64,000 bases of DNA, from NCBI RefSeq assembly GCF_964213995.1, contig NC_135812.1, positions 62,186,001 to 62,250,000 of the forward strand, written 5' to 3'. Source of the DNA: Mustelus asterias (lineage: Eukaryota). Of the stretch, positions 12,489 through 25,304 are shown one piece after another. The position numbers and the translations under genes are program-made. Numbering within the stretch: the first letter of the stretch is position 1; the number at the start of each line of letters is the position of its first letter. A model generated the notes under the pieces. The model did no database searches and was not told the DNA's origin. It saw only the letters and a program-made list of their open reading frames with translations.

Positions 12489-12491
12489 TGT

Positions 12492-12850
12492 CAGTGGTGG
12501 CATAGTGGTATTGTCATTGGACTAGTAATCCAGGGATCCACTGGGGACCGGAGTTCGAATCCCACCATGGCAGATGGTGAAATTTAAATTCAATAAGAAT
12601 CTGAAATTAAAAGTCTAATCGTGACCACGAAACAATTGTCAATTGTTGTAAAAACCCTGGTTCATTAATGTCCTTTAGGGAAGGAAATCTGCTGTCCTTA
12701 TCTAGCCTGGCCTACATGTGACTCCAGATCCATAGCAATGTGACTGACTCTTAGATTCCTCTGAAATAGTTGCTCAGTTTAAGGGCAATTATGAATGGGT
12801 CACAAGTGCTGGCCCAGCCAGCGATGCCCACATCCTATGAATTAACTATT
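12492..12850 (+). mobile_element. tRNA-derived SINE (second family)
   Basis: TGGCATAGTGG A box, GAGTTCGAATCC B box, shared body. Confidence 0.8.
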
Positions 12851-13150
12851 TTAAAAGGCTGTTTTTCAAAGGTGCAAATGAAAGACCAATGCAGAACTGC
12901 ATGAATCTCATATAGGCTACAAGGGCCAATGGAGAATTATCAAATTGGCTAAAAACTTTGGAATGTTAACTGCCAACTCTCTATCACCCATTTTAAACTT
13001 TCAGACAGTCAAGGTGGATCCTATTGAGTCTTTTGTTCCTAAGCATAGAAATCACACTCCATATGGAACTAAGAATGCTAACAAAGGCTAACCAATAAGT
13101 TTTTATGACACTGCTGCAAGCCCAGACTGCTGCAGATCAAAACTGCCCTA

Positions 13151-13449
13151 GGGCAGCATGGTGGCACAGTGGTTAACACTGCTGCCTCACAGCGCTGGAG
13201 ACCCAGGTTCGATTCCCAGCTTGGGTCACACTCTGTGCGGAGTCTGCATGTTCTCCACGTGTCTGCATGGGTTTCCTCCGGGTGCTCCGGTTTCCTCCCA
13301 CAGTCTGAAACTCGTGCTGGTTAACTGCATTGGCCATGCTAACTTCTCCCTCAGTGTACCCGAACAGGCGCCAGAGTGTGGCGACTTGGGGATTTTCACA
13401 GTAACTTCATTGCAGTGTTAATGTACTTGTGACTAATAAATTAACTTTG
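13151..13449 (+). mobile_element. HE1-type V-SINE with alternative 3' tail
   Basis: HE1 head and V domain followed by GTGTACCCGAACAGGCGCC...TTCACAGTAACTTCATTGCAGTGTTAATGTA...AATAAA. Confidence 0.85.
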
Positions 13450-13494
13450 AATATAATTCCACAACCCAAAGAAAGGGAAGGAACTGCACTCAAA

Positions 13495-13630
13495 GGTTGG
13501 AATCTTACCACTGTTCACGCCGGCGGGACTCTCCTATCCCGCCACAGTAAACGGAGATTTGGCTGGCTGCCAAATTCTCCGACCTCGCTGCAGCGGGAGC
13601 GTGGGGTGAATGAGTGGTAAGATCGTGCCC
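13495..13630. mobile_element. Short MITE, subfamily A
   Basis: TIR core ATCTTACC / GGTAAGAT, AAA on both flanks, internal GATTTGGC..GCCAAATT. Confidence 0.65.
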
Positions 13631-13847
13631 AAAGTCTTGTGTTGTTGGTGCACTGAACATTTCTTCACTTGTTTGAAATACATGAATGCCTGAGCAGATG
13701 AAAATGTCTCTCGATTGTTTTATTTTCTAAGAGGATCTCGGGGTACAATAGCCCAGAAATATTTGATTAAGAGTATGAAGGAGGTGAATAAACGGAGTTG
13801 AGGCACAAATCAACCATGATCTAATTGAAAGAGGGAACAGTCTCAAT

Positions 13848-14186
13848 AGGCAACACAGCACTGCTGCCTCGCAGCTCCAGGTACCCAGGTTCAATTCCAA
13901 CCTTGGGTGACTGTGTGGAGTTTACACATTCTCCCCATGCCTGCATGGGTTTCAACCTGGTGCTCCGGTTTCCTCCCACAGTCCAAAGATGTGTTAGGTG
14001 TATTGGCCGTGCTAAATTGCCCCTTATTGTCCCAAGATGTGTAGGTTAGGTGGATTAGCCATGATAAATGTGTGGGATTACAGGGATAGGGCAGCAGAGA
14101 GGGACTGGGTAAGATACTGTCAGAGAGTTGTGTGGACTTGATGGGTCAAATGGCCTCTTCTGCACTGTAGGGATTCTATGATTCTA
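13848..14186 (+). mobile_element. HE1-type V-SINE
   Basis: Head, V domain and CTGCACTGTAGGGATTCTATGATTCTA tail. Confidence 0.85.
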
Positions 14187-14204
14187 AGGGGCTTAGTGGC
14201 CTAC

Positions 14205-14455
14205 TCACAACCCAAAGGGTTGTGAATCTGTGGAATTCCCTGTCCTGTGAAGCAGTTGAGGCTATCTCGTTGAATGTTTTTAAGGAAAAGATAGGTAGAA
14301 TTTTAAATAGTAAAGGGATCAAGGGTTATGGTGACTGGGTGGGTAAGTGGAGCTGAATCCACGAAAAGATCAGCCAAGATCTTATTGAATGGCGGAGCAG
14401 GCTCAAGGGGCCAAATGGCCTACGCCTGCTCCTAGTTCCTATGTTCTTATGTACT
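14205..14455 (+). mobile_element. CR1 LINE 3' end
   Basis: Matches 37580-37820 of the long CR1; ends in a (TTCTTATG)-type tail. Confidence 0.8.
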
Positions 14456-14666
14456 CCAGTTTCTATGGTCCAAAGTTCACAAAGGCCACTTCCCCTGAAT
14501 CTTACTCTAGCATATATATGTTGCCATAATTTATGGAGAAATGTTGATATACAAATAATTTGGTTGTCTACATACTGGGAATATGATGAACTGAGGACCA
14601 ATTGTGTGGTGCAATTTGAAATTTATTTGAGTTATTTCATTGTGGATTATTTTTTGTCTTCCACAG

Positions 14667-14822
14667 ATATTGACTCAAGAGGACTGGAACAAGGTCCTGT
14701 ACAATGGAATGGCCTCCACCTCTCCATTGGCTGCTCTATACTTCATTGCCCTCATGACATTTGGCAACTATGTTCTCTTTAACTTACTGGTTGCCATTTT
14801 GGTGGAAGGATTTCAGACTGAG
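14667..14822 (+). CDS. CACNA1G: Cav3.1 coding exon (exon 13 equivalent), domain II selectivity filter and S6
   Basis: ccacag|ATA...GAG|gtaaaa; 156 nt; [52 protein letters not shown]; the TQEDW glutamate is the domain II residue of the Cav3 EEDD filter. Confidence 0.97.
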
Positions 14823-15427
14823 GTAAAATAAGATGCGATGAATCTTTGAATGATGCATGAGTAATGGACAATGCCACCTGGTTTAATGCTGTATGTGATT
14901 TCTAATGTTCACTGGCATTCCCAGCTACCTGATAAATATGCAGCAGACAAGAAAACAAAGATAATGGGGGTCCTGTGTCACTTGAACAAAGGCAATGATA
15001 GAAAAGCATTGAATGTAAAGTTTCCATTCAAGGACCTGGGGGAGCAAGGCACTCTCAGCAGTCACCATTGAATTTGTTGACATTCAATTTTTAAAAAATT
15101 AAAAGTCATCAGTAACAATGCAATAAAATGCTCCATTAACATTCTATTAATTCCCATGTTCAAAACGGATATATAAAGTGGCTGTTAGACAGCATATTTG
15201 TTCCACTAAGACCATATGAGAAATTATAATTTAATAAATTATTCCCATTATAAGCTGTGATGTACCCCACTATATACCATGAAATACAATGGAAATCCCA
15301 TGATGCACTGTAATGTACGATGATATATTGTGAGTTACAGTTCCCGGGATCTTCCACCCCCCAAACCCGTGGCAGATTTGCAATCCTATCCCACATCGCT
15401 GCCCTGAATTGTGGCATTCCACACTCT

Positions 15428-15562
15428 GGTCGGAATTCTCCAGTCATTCACGCCCCACCACCACTGCAGCGAGGATGGAGAATTTTACACTCAGCCAAAT
15501 CTCCATTTACTGCAGCTGGACTGGACAATCCCGCTGGCGTGAACAACTGGAAAATGCTGGCC
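15428..15562. mobile_element. Short MITE, subfamily A
   Basis: GGTCGGAATTCTCCAG / CTGGAAAATGCTGGCC termini; body is the reverse complement of 10617-10751. Confidence 0.6.
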
Positions 15563-16482
15563 ACTCTGCTTGCTGTCAATAAAAAAATAATAGGTTTACC
15601 AGTAAAAACGCATTTATATGTCGGCACATTGTTAGCAACCCTGTCGCATTCTGCCTTGTAACAGGTTTATCTGGCATGAATTGCGGTGATCTGACAACTT
15701 AATCTGATGTTCTGGGGTAGTTATTCTGAAGTTTAAAATTGGCTGTACCTTAAATATTTGTCGGAATTGACACATCATTCTGAAACGCTGTGAAAAGTTA
15801 TCTGTACATTTAGTCACCCCCTTCGATTGTTTTCTTGAAAGTGCTGTTTGGAAGGCAGTAATGGGCAGGGTGCACAGTGTGTCCCCCTCAGTAACATTCT
15901 CCGGTTCTGCTCCTGTTTATGCAGACAGAGCTGCGTGACAGTTTCTAAGTGTTAAGGCTGTGATGTCAGTTGGTGCACCTTCTAACCTTCCTTTTATAGT
16001 AGCAAAGATTATGCAGCAATTCAGATGAATGCACTCTCCCTTTAGTGAGATCAGATTGCAGTTTGGACCACACTGGAATGAAGCTTGGATGTTTATTCCC
16101 TCGTGAGTTAATGCGGTGTCATTTGTTTTCTGCATGATCACCGATAAAATGTTTTCTTATGGAATTGATTTTGGATTTGAATTGTCAACCGATTGTGAAG
16201 TCTATTTCTAAATTCCTGTGCTTTTTTTTAATCATTGATTGATGGTTAGTCTTCATTGCTCTGCCCCAAATCCAGCCACATGGCCCTGTGTAATGAGATC
16301 ATGTATTATTCCAGGAACCCGTAACACTTTCAATTGGCAAATTTGAATTGTGCCCAAGGGAAAAAACAAAGCCAGGATAATTGGAAAAGTGCAAAGTTTT
16401 ATCCACATTCTGGGCTAGTTGATCTTCATTCTGGACTAGAGGAAGGCAAATTCTAGTTGACTGCTAGGATATGGAGGGGAAG

Positions 16483-16808
16483 AGCGACATGGTGGCACAG
16501 TGGTTAGCATTGCTGCCTCATAGCGTCAGGGACCCAGGTTCAATTTCAGCCTTGGGTGACTGTCTGTCTGGAGTTTGCACATTCTCCCCGTTACTGCATG
16601 GGTTTCCTCCGGGTGCTCCAGTTTCCTCCCGCAGTCCAAAGATGTGCGAGTTAAATGGATTGGCCATGCTAAATTGCTTGCTAGTGTCAGGAAGATTAGC
16701 AGGGTTAATACATGTAGTTACCCGGATAGGGCCTTGGTGGGATTGTTGTTGTTGCAGGCTCGATGAGCCGAATGGCCACCTCCTATACTGTAGAGATTCT
16801 ATGATTCT
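16483..16808 (+). mobile_element. HE1-type V-SINE
   Basis: GGTGGCACAGTGGTTAGC head, V domain, GATTCTATGATTCTA tail. Confidence 0.9.
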
Positions 16809-16904
16809 AAGAATTGTCACTTGAATACTACCCACTGAATCCCAGCTAGCAGGTAGGGTACAGGTAAGAACTAGAGCAGGTGTTATATGTTTTTGTTGCC
16901 TTTA

Positions 16905-17592
16905 ATAGAGTCATAGAGGTTTGCAGCACTGAAAAAGGCCCTGCAGCCCATCACATCTGCGCCGATTAAAAACAAACCATCTAACTATTCTAATCTCATT
17001 TTCCAGCACTTGGCCCATAGCCCTATATGCTTTAGTATCACAAGTGCACATCTAAATACTTTTTACTTATTATGAGGGTCTCTATCTCTACCACCCTTTC
17101 AGGCAGTGAGTTCCAGATTCCCACCATCCTTTGGGTGAAAAAGGTTTTCCTCACATCCCCTCTAAGCCTCCTGTCCCTTACCTTAAATCTATGTCCCTTG
17201 GTCATTAATCCTTCCACCAAGAGGAAAAGTTTCTTCCTGTCCACTCTATGCCCCTCATAATTTTATACATCTCAACCATGTCCCCCTTCAGTCTCCTCTG
17301 CCCCAAGGAAAACAACCCCAGTCTACCCAATCTCTCTTCATAACTAAAACTCTCCAGCCCAGGCAACATCCTGGTAAATCTCCTCTCCACCCTTTCCAGT
17401 GCTATCACATCCCTCCTATAATGTGGATTCCAGAACTGCGTGCAATAACCTAACTGTGGCCTCACCAATGTTTTATAGAGTTCCAGCATAACCTCCCTGC
17501 TCTTAAACTCTATGCTTTGGCTAATAAAGGCAAGTATACCATATGTCTTCTTAACCGCTTTATCCACCTGTTCTGCTACCTTAAGGGACTAG
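16905..17592 (-). mobile_element. CR1/HER1 LINE 3' fragment
   Basis: Minus ORFs LYKTLVRPQLGYCTQFWNPHYRRD and FFTQRMVGIWNSLP. Confidence 0.9.
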
Positions 17593-17652
17593 TGTACAGT
17601 ATTTCAAGGTAATAAGCTTTAAATGTTAAACTTGGAAAGATGAGAACTCCTA

Positions 17653-17780
17653 AGTCAGAATTTTACCACCCTGCCCACCATGGGAATTGAGGCGGGCAAT
17701 GGGCGGACAATGGGAAGGTCCCATCGACCTCGGGTGGGATTTTACAGCTTCGGGACAAGCACAGCCATAAAATTTTGCCC
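17653..17780. mobile_element. Short MITE, subfamily B
   Basis: GAATTTTA / TAAAATTT..GCCC termini; GACCTCGGGTGGGATTTTAC core shared with 47589 and 60591. Confidence 0.6.
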
Positions 17781-17899
17781 TTTCTGTTTAACTTGCCATG
17801 CTGCCTTGCACACAAGGAGGACCAGTTTGAACTGGTTCTGTTAAACATCATGTCTGTCGCTAGCGCAGCTGCAATACGTAGTCCCATAGAATGCTTACA

Positions 17900-19070
17900 C
17901 ATAGAGTCATAGTCATAGAGTCATAGAGGTTTACAGCATGGAAACAGGCCCTTCGGCCCAACTTGTCCATGCTGCCCAATTTTTTACCACTAAGCTAGTC
18001 CCAATTGCTGCGTTTGGCCCATATCCCTCTATACCCATCATACCCATGTAACTATCTAAATGCTTTTTAAAAGACAAAATTGTACCACCTCTACCAGTGC
18101 CTCTGACAGGTCATTCCAGACACTCACCACCCCCTGTGTGAAAAGAACTGCCCTTCTGGACCCCTTTGTATCTCTCCCCTCTCACCTTAAACTCTTAGTT
18201 GGTTAACACTGCTGCTTCACAGTGCCAGGGACCCAGGTTCAATTGCGGCCTCGGGTCACTGTCTGTGTGGAATTTGCACTTTCTCCCCGTGTTTGTATGG
18301 GTTTCCTCTGGGTGCTCCAGTTTCCTCCAAAGATGTGCGGGTTAGGTTGATTGGCAATGCTAAATTGACCCTAGTGTCGGGGATTAGCAGGGTAAATGTG
18401 TGGGGATGCGGGAGTAGGGCCAGGGTGGGATTGTGGTCGGTGCAGGCTCGATGGGGCGAATGGCCTCCTTCTGCACTGTAGGAATTCGATGGTTAAACCT
18501 ATGCCCTCTAGTTTTAGACTCTCCTACCTTTGGGAAAAGATGTTGACTACCTAGCTGATCTATGCCCCTCATTATTTTATAGACCTCTATAAGATCATCC
18601 CTGAGCCTCCTACACTCCAGGGAAAGAAGTCCCAGTTTATCCAGCCTCTCCTTATAACTCAAGCCATCAAGTCCCAGTAGCATCCTAGTAAATCTTTTAT
18701 GCACTCTTTCTAGTTTAATAATATCCTTTCAATATAAGGTGACCAGAACTGTACACAGTATTCCAAGTGTGGCCTTACCAATGTCTTGTACAACTTCAAC
18801 AAGATGTCTCAACTTCTGTACTCAATGTTCTGACCAATGAAACCAAGCATGCCGAATGCCTTCTTTACCACCCTGTCCATCTGTGACTCCACCTTTAAGG
18901 AGCTATGAACCTGTACTCCTCGATCTCTTTGTTCTATAACTCTCCCCAATGCCCTACCATTAAGTGAGTTGGTCCTGTCCCAATTCGATCTACCAAAATG
19001 CATCACCTCACATTTATCTAAATTAAACTCCATATGCCATCCATCGGCCCACTGGCCCAACTGATCAGGA
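17900..19070 (-). mobile_element. CR1/HER1 LINE 3' fragment with a nested HE1 SINE
   Basis: Minus ORFs WHMEFNLDKCEVMHFGR and RRLRDDLIEVYKIMRG; (CTATGACT)n tail near 17900. Confidence 0.9.
18199..18492 (+). mobile_element. HE1-type V-SINE inserted in CR1
   Basis: HE1 head, V domain and tail; flanked by TTAAAC on both sides. Confidence 0.85.
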
Positions 19071-22000
19071 CATAATAATTAGGTCCTAGCTACAGATATT
19101 TACAGGTAATGCAACAATATACAACAGTGAGCCTTGGTGCTACTGTGCTAGCCAATGAGTTGGAGTTGAGGCAAGTGTGAGCTATGGTACAGCAAACAGA
19201 GTCTATTTTATGGCAACAATCCTATTTATTCAGCAATGAGTGGAGGATAGTTATGTACCACAAATCCAGCCTGGAAAATTAAACCCAGTCACTTATAGCA
19301 TTGCCAGCTCCAGGCATGACTGAGAAGGGACTAAACCAATCATCTCCATTCTGACTGGGACTCCGAGCTTCCACTATATGCAGCTCTTAAGAAAGCTTTT
19401 GACTGTCATAGAGTGGCTGTCACACGTTGGGCTGTTTGAATAGGCGACTGTCTAGGCTCACGCTACTTGCCTGAGATCTCGGGAGATATGGGATCATACC
19501 CAGAGTGTGTCACCTGAGGAGAGAAAATGATCAAAACAAACCCTTGCTGTTGAGCACTGATTTCCTTTAATCTGCAAGAATGGTTCAATGTTGCCGAGAT
19601 AGATTGGATCTGGCTTTGGTTCTGAGATTCACGGCCTCACTAATTCTGAATGCCATAATCAGGTTTCAAAAATGATTTTTGGAAGGCAACAGATTTTTAT
19701 TAACGTTGATACCTATTAAACAGCTGGAAATTCCAATGCCTTAAAGATAAAACAATCGATGCCGGTGTTTCTGCATCTTTTTCAAAGGTAGACCATGAAT
19801 GTTCCTGATTCAGTGGCACTCTAATGAAGAATAACCAAAACAGCCTCTGGTGGTTAGGACTGCAATCTGCTACATTAGGACACATCAATTTTTGAGTATT
19901 TCACATTATCAGGCAACCGTCCACTTTTGATGGGACTATTCATCTTGAATAATTAGTTTTTGGCTGTGAGTTTAAGCTGGATATGTTGGTTACAAATGAT
20001 TGGAAGTAGCGTTAAAATCAAACTATAGCTATCCAGTTCCACACTCTCGCCCTAGGCACAGAGGTCTACAACCTGCAGCTCCAGAGCTGCATGCAGCTCA
20101 TTAAGGATTCATGGGGCCTCTGACCTTGCTCTATCGAATCAATTTTAATGATCATTAACTGGCATGTTTAGTTTTTTTTTAAACTTTCATTAAAATTATG
20201 CTCATGAGAAACTTTCATTCAATTAACATTTTGGTTAAAAACTTTTAAAATGTTGAAATGTGTCTGTCTTGTCTTATGTTATTATTGGCATTTCAGCGAC
20301 ACGTTGCACTCTTAAGTTCTTGTGTTTTTGACTAAATTGAAAATAGCTCTCCTTGCTGTTAAGGTGCCCTAGCACCTCTCCTGGGCACCAACTTCAGTGG
20401 GGGAGGGGTTTACAGAAGGGTGTGGTATTGTCAAAAAGATAGAATATCAGTAATACCGTGGACTTTGCCAGCCAGTTTTGTCACATTCTCTTATTCCTAA
20501 CATGGCCTGGGACAATGCCAGTTTGAAGTAAGGAAAATGGTGAGAGGCAGTATGAACTAAATGGGGCAATTTTAAAGGAGGTACAGAAATGGACAACCAC
20601 ACCAACCCCACTTTTTTTTTAACAAATCTTAGCTCAAGAAATATTGCCATTCTCCTCAGGTTAAGAAAATGATCGTTGCAAAGCATTGACTGGGTCTGGC
20701 TTATTTCAAAGTTGGTGCAATTGCTGTCAGTGATTCTCCAATTTTGTCCGTACCCACCCCGCTGCAAGGCCAAAACTTCATTCACTGCAGCGGCACTGGA
20801 GAATCCCAGCCGCCATCGAGATTAGAGGCTTTTCGCCATGATCGCTGAGCAGGTTCCGACAATTGGAAAATAGCCCCACACCCAGCTGATCACTAAGTGA
20901 GTTAGAATCATTTTGAGATCTGATCATGGGAGGAGTAGACAACATACTCAATAATGTGTTTAAATTTTTCTATGGTGACATGCTGTTCTGTGCAAGACAA
21001 AATTTTCTCCCATTTGCCTCACCCCTCATTCCTGGTTAGGGCAACCCAAAAGGGAGGATTGCCCATTCTCAGCGCTATTGCCAGCAGAATATGTTCATTT
21101 TATCCCGAGAGAAAATCGTTCGGCTCTCTACCACTTCAGTCACATCTGACATTCAAATTTGGCCATAAGTGGTCAGTTCATGCCTGGGCCTTTACATGGA
21201 CCACTTACTGTTGGCTCCTTCCCAAGCAGATGGTAAATCTACAGAGGGTGTGGTAGCTGGGGGTGGGGCAGTGACATTCACCACCATACATGCTGGGGTG
21301 TCTGTTGGCTGTCATGGAGCAGTTTTAAAGCTTTCTGTGGTGGAATTATGATATTGAATATAGCATTGGAGCAGGACAGGAGCACTGAAAGTCAAGAAAG
21401 AAATAGAGCTACACCAGCAACAACAAGAAAAAAAACGTTTTAAAGATGTAATTAATCATAGCCACTGAACTCGAGCCTTTTATGTGACCAAACTATAATC
21501 TGTCTCTTCAAAACAACTGGCTTTCTAAGTCACCTGTTTGTAATCTGCAAATAGGTAAAAGGAGAATAAAATTGATGTGGTCTAATTAGCAATGATAGAG
21601 CATGTTAACAATATAGAGTGGTAAATACCTGGGAATAATCATGGGTTTATAATCTAATTAAGGCATTCTGATGAGAATCTGTATGAGATGAATGGAGGCG
21701 GATGGCCCAGAACCTGAAACCAGGACTGAATAACAGCCTTGAGGCCACTCCCTAGTATCTGGTACATTTTTTCATAACATGTACTGTTTGAATCCTACCA
21801 GAGAGGTTTAATTTTGCTTCCAACGTGTTGCAGCAGTGGGGGTTAATCAATGCACAATGTCGCTGATGTGAAATGTTGTCGACAAAGGAAATTCATGGGT
21901 TCTGAGATCACAGCTGTAGGTTTACTCTAAATATATTCTGGAGTTGACTAGCATTTCCAGAACATATTACACAAAGCAGAATCAGTGCTTTCTCTTGACA

Positions 22001-24676
22001 AGAACCATTTTAATCTACATCTGAAGTCTTTCACTCCCAACCCTTTACCACCCATTGGTGATCACTTTTATATTTGTTATCTGTATATCTGTGACCATAG
22101 TTATTAGTTACCATTAATGCCAATTAAATTGAATTTTGCAAATCTTAGAAAGCTGTTAGCTTCTTGTTAGTAAGAGAGGGCCCAGTTGATTGGCTTTACC
22201 TGAATGTAAGTCACCAATGGTGGTCACTGTTCCATTTGGATTGAGTTGGAGCAACCAACAAAACAGAGCTATAATAATCTTCCACGATTACGGATTCATA
22301 TCTGTACCTCCACAAAGTTATATTGTACTAGTATGATCAAAGTTGTCAAACATTGACTTGGGGAGATGTTCAACTGTTCCAAAAAACACTATTTCACCCA
22401 AAGTATTTATTCAGGTCTACAGTAAGATGGTTCTTGCCAGAGTGCTGGGAAACTCTGTGCATTGGAAGTGATTGTTACAGTGTAATTTTGGGTCACTCAC
22501 CTTATCCAAGCCATTTCCATTTTTCATTGAAAGTTCTTCACTTGAGCAAATTGACAGTTATGCTATATTTATTTCTCCAGACTGTCAATGATTTACACTA
22601 CAGAAACATTTTGTTATGTTTAGTGCATGGCTTTGCTAACAATGCTGGCTGCTAGGTAGAAGCAATAGTCTGAAAGTTACTTACTTTGGCTACTGCATGA
22701 AATTTGGGGGAGAACCCTTTGTATGTTGGGTGCACAGATCCTGTATGGAATACAGGTGGCTTCTCCCCTCTATCCTGCTTTCAGCCTCCAACGGCTGTTG
22801 TTTCTGCTCAAGCGTTTGGTATTTGTTGGTGGCTTTGCTGCTTTGACAGAAGGTGCCATGTATAGTGTGTGAAGTGACTGGCTGTTTGTGTGCTATCACA
22901 TAGTAAATTAAGTTACTTGACTTGTACACTGTGAGGCACTTTGGATGTCCTCTGGAAAGCTAATCAGTTACTGTTGACAGTGTTACTCTTGGGCATAAGT
23001 GTCAACTTGTCAGAAGTATCCCATGTTGTCTTATACCACTGGTGAAGAAAAGCCATTTGTTTTGATTCTGTCATCCCGTGCACTGCATCAGACATGTCCC
23101 CTCCACTATCTCTTTTTAGAAGATATTCTCCACAGTGTCACTGCTACCCCCTGTCTTTTGCTTTGTAAGTCATAGTTCCCCGATGTTTGTTCCTTATTAT
23201 ATTAAAGATGCAAGTTGTTGTTGTTATCACTGACAGCACCTCTCTGTATTGGTTCCTTTTGTCTCTCTTTTCTCACTCCCCCTTTTCTCTCTCACTTTCC
23301 TACAGCACCACTTTCATTCAATTTATTTGCTGTAAAATTTCAAAATGCAATTGCAGCATTTTGATTTACCACCAGACAGCCGACATCTCCAGCTCTCTTG
23401 AAGAGGAGTCATTGTTCACAGCCTTCAGTGACTAATCTAGTAGAATATTAACCCTGACCTCAGAAATTATGTATATATATATGTATTTGATGCTCAGATA
23501 TGAGTTATTGACATTCATTGATACTCATTGTTCTTCCTGCATTTTAATTGGGTTATCCATTTCTCCAAATCTGCTGATAAATTGTTCTAGGTGCTCATGA
23601 TACATTAAACAATCAGTGTAACACTGAGCCACGTTGCAATATTGAGACATCTGAATTCCTTTTTTAGATACAGTAGAGCCCTCTAAAGATAATTTTCATT
23701 TTGGCAATAAGTACAGATGTAATTGGTAGTTTTATTTTATCAGAGAGGTTATCAGATCAGGAAAATTCTTCTGTCTTCAACTGGATATTTCTTGAAACAC
23801 TTTTCAGAAGTTAATTCACTTACCAACATCCTCTTAAACTTTTTTCTTGAATTTGCACCCGTTAAGTGATAATTATACTCGACAAATGGAACATTTCAGT
23901 CACCTAGCGTCAACAGTTAGATACAGAATTCTTACTCTGTCCTGACAGCGTAACCTTACTGCAACAGTACAATATTTTTCTGCCTCTTGCGCCATGACCT
24001 CCCTGAGTGAGGTTGCTGTCAATTAAAGCCAAATTGATGTCACTTAGTTCTGCAGACTCACTCCACTGGGAATTCAGATGATTCTGCATTTTAATAATTT
24101 CACTCACAGATAAGCAGTGAAATAAACTCCAAGGATAACTAAACGAAACTCTGTCAATACGACAGCAAGTAACAGGCCCTTGATGGCATTACTGTATCCC
24201 TTACAAAATAATGGCTCCAAGAACAAATATAGAAGGGGGCATTTTATCTTGTTCCATATACCTCACATTGGCTTTGACTTCAAATGAATTCCAGAAGTCT
24301 ATATCAATCTGGCTTGGACATCTATTACAAGGTGGCCAAACTAAATCATTGTCATTTTGTTCATGAAAGAAACCAAATATTCAAGTTGCTTATTACTGCA
24401 AATTTCTGGCAGTAATAAGATATACAATCTATCTGGTTGTATCATTCTTTCAAGTATGATATATCCTGCATTAGTAATATTAGTTACCACGATATTATTG
24501 CGTAATGCAAACTGCTGCTAACCTCAGTGCAAATGTTTGAAACAAATAATGATTGTTTTGAACCTTTTTTTCTTCTTCAATTAACTATGTTTTTCTTTCA
24601 AAGTGTCTGAAATATTTAAGTTGAACTTATTTCAGTCACCTCACTCACTGCCGTCGCCGTGTTTGTTTCACTTCAG

Positions 24677-24745
24677 GAGGTCCAGAAGCGGGAGGACGCG
24701 AGTGGGCAGTTAAGCTGTATTCAGCTGCCTGTCGACTCGTCTGGG
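24677..24745 (+). CDS. CACNA1G: Cav3.1 cassette exon 14 (69 nt, 23-aa insert in the II-III linker)
   Basis: cttcag|GAG...GGG|gtaggt; [23 protein letters not shown], close to the mammalian exon 14 peptide as recalled ([23 protein letters not shown]); phase 0-0; supports CACNA1G over CACNA1H/I. Confidence 0.93.
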
Positions 24746-25304
24746 GTAGGTAACTGTTCACCATGAATCACACACCTGAGACATTTCTAAAGTAAAACAG
24801 CACAGATGGGTGGGGGGAGTGGGCTGGGGGGGAAGCAAAGTTTGGCAACCTCGTGGGCTGCTTTTATAAGAAGGAATTGTGTTTGTCTGCTTATTGATTT
24901 CTTTTTCTCATATACAGTCCCTTAATAGGTCTGAGTGAACACTTAGTCATTCCCTCTGACTGCGAAGCCAGCCGAGGATTGACTTTTCTTTCTCCATTGA
25001 AGACAGATCCCTTTGCAGGGTTCCTTTCAGAGATTTTCTTCTTAGACAGACTGAGGATCAATGTCAAAGAAGTATTTTTCTTTGAGGTTGAATGATCATA
25101 TTTCTGAATTTGATTTGAATGTGCAACCAAAATATATTTACCAATAGATCAGTATCAATGACAGAAAGGTGCTATGTTCTCTGTTTTTTTGAATCGGTGT
25201 TTCAATATTCATTGTGATGGCCACCTCAAGGGCAAAAACCATTTGAAATGGTTAGTCTGCAGTTTTATTCCCTCTAGCACACAAAATAGAGAGAATAGCT
25301 AGAA

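Noticed and set aside
13151-13240. tRNA-like sequences with A and B boxes (many copies)
   Set aside because: These are SINE heads that continue into V or Deu domains and LINE-type tails, not tRNA genes
5080-14666. A second, mutually exclusive exon 12 (as in invertebrate Cav3 12a/12b)
   Set aside because: No second turret exon with a RKNFD-like motif was seen by eye
14854-14859. Single TGCATG (Rbfox) motif downstream of exon 13
   Set aside because: An isolated hexamer is expected by chance every few kb; not supportable without conservation data
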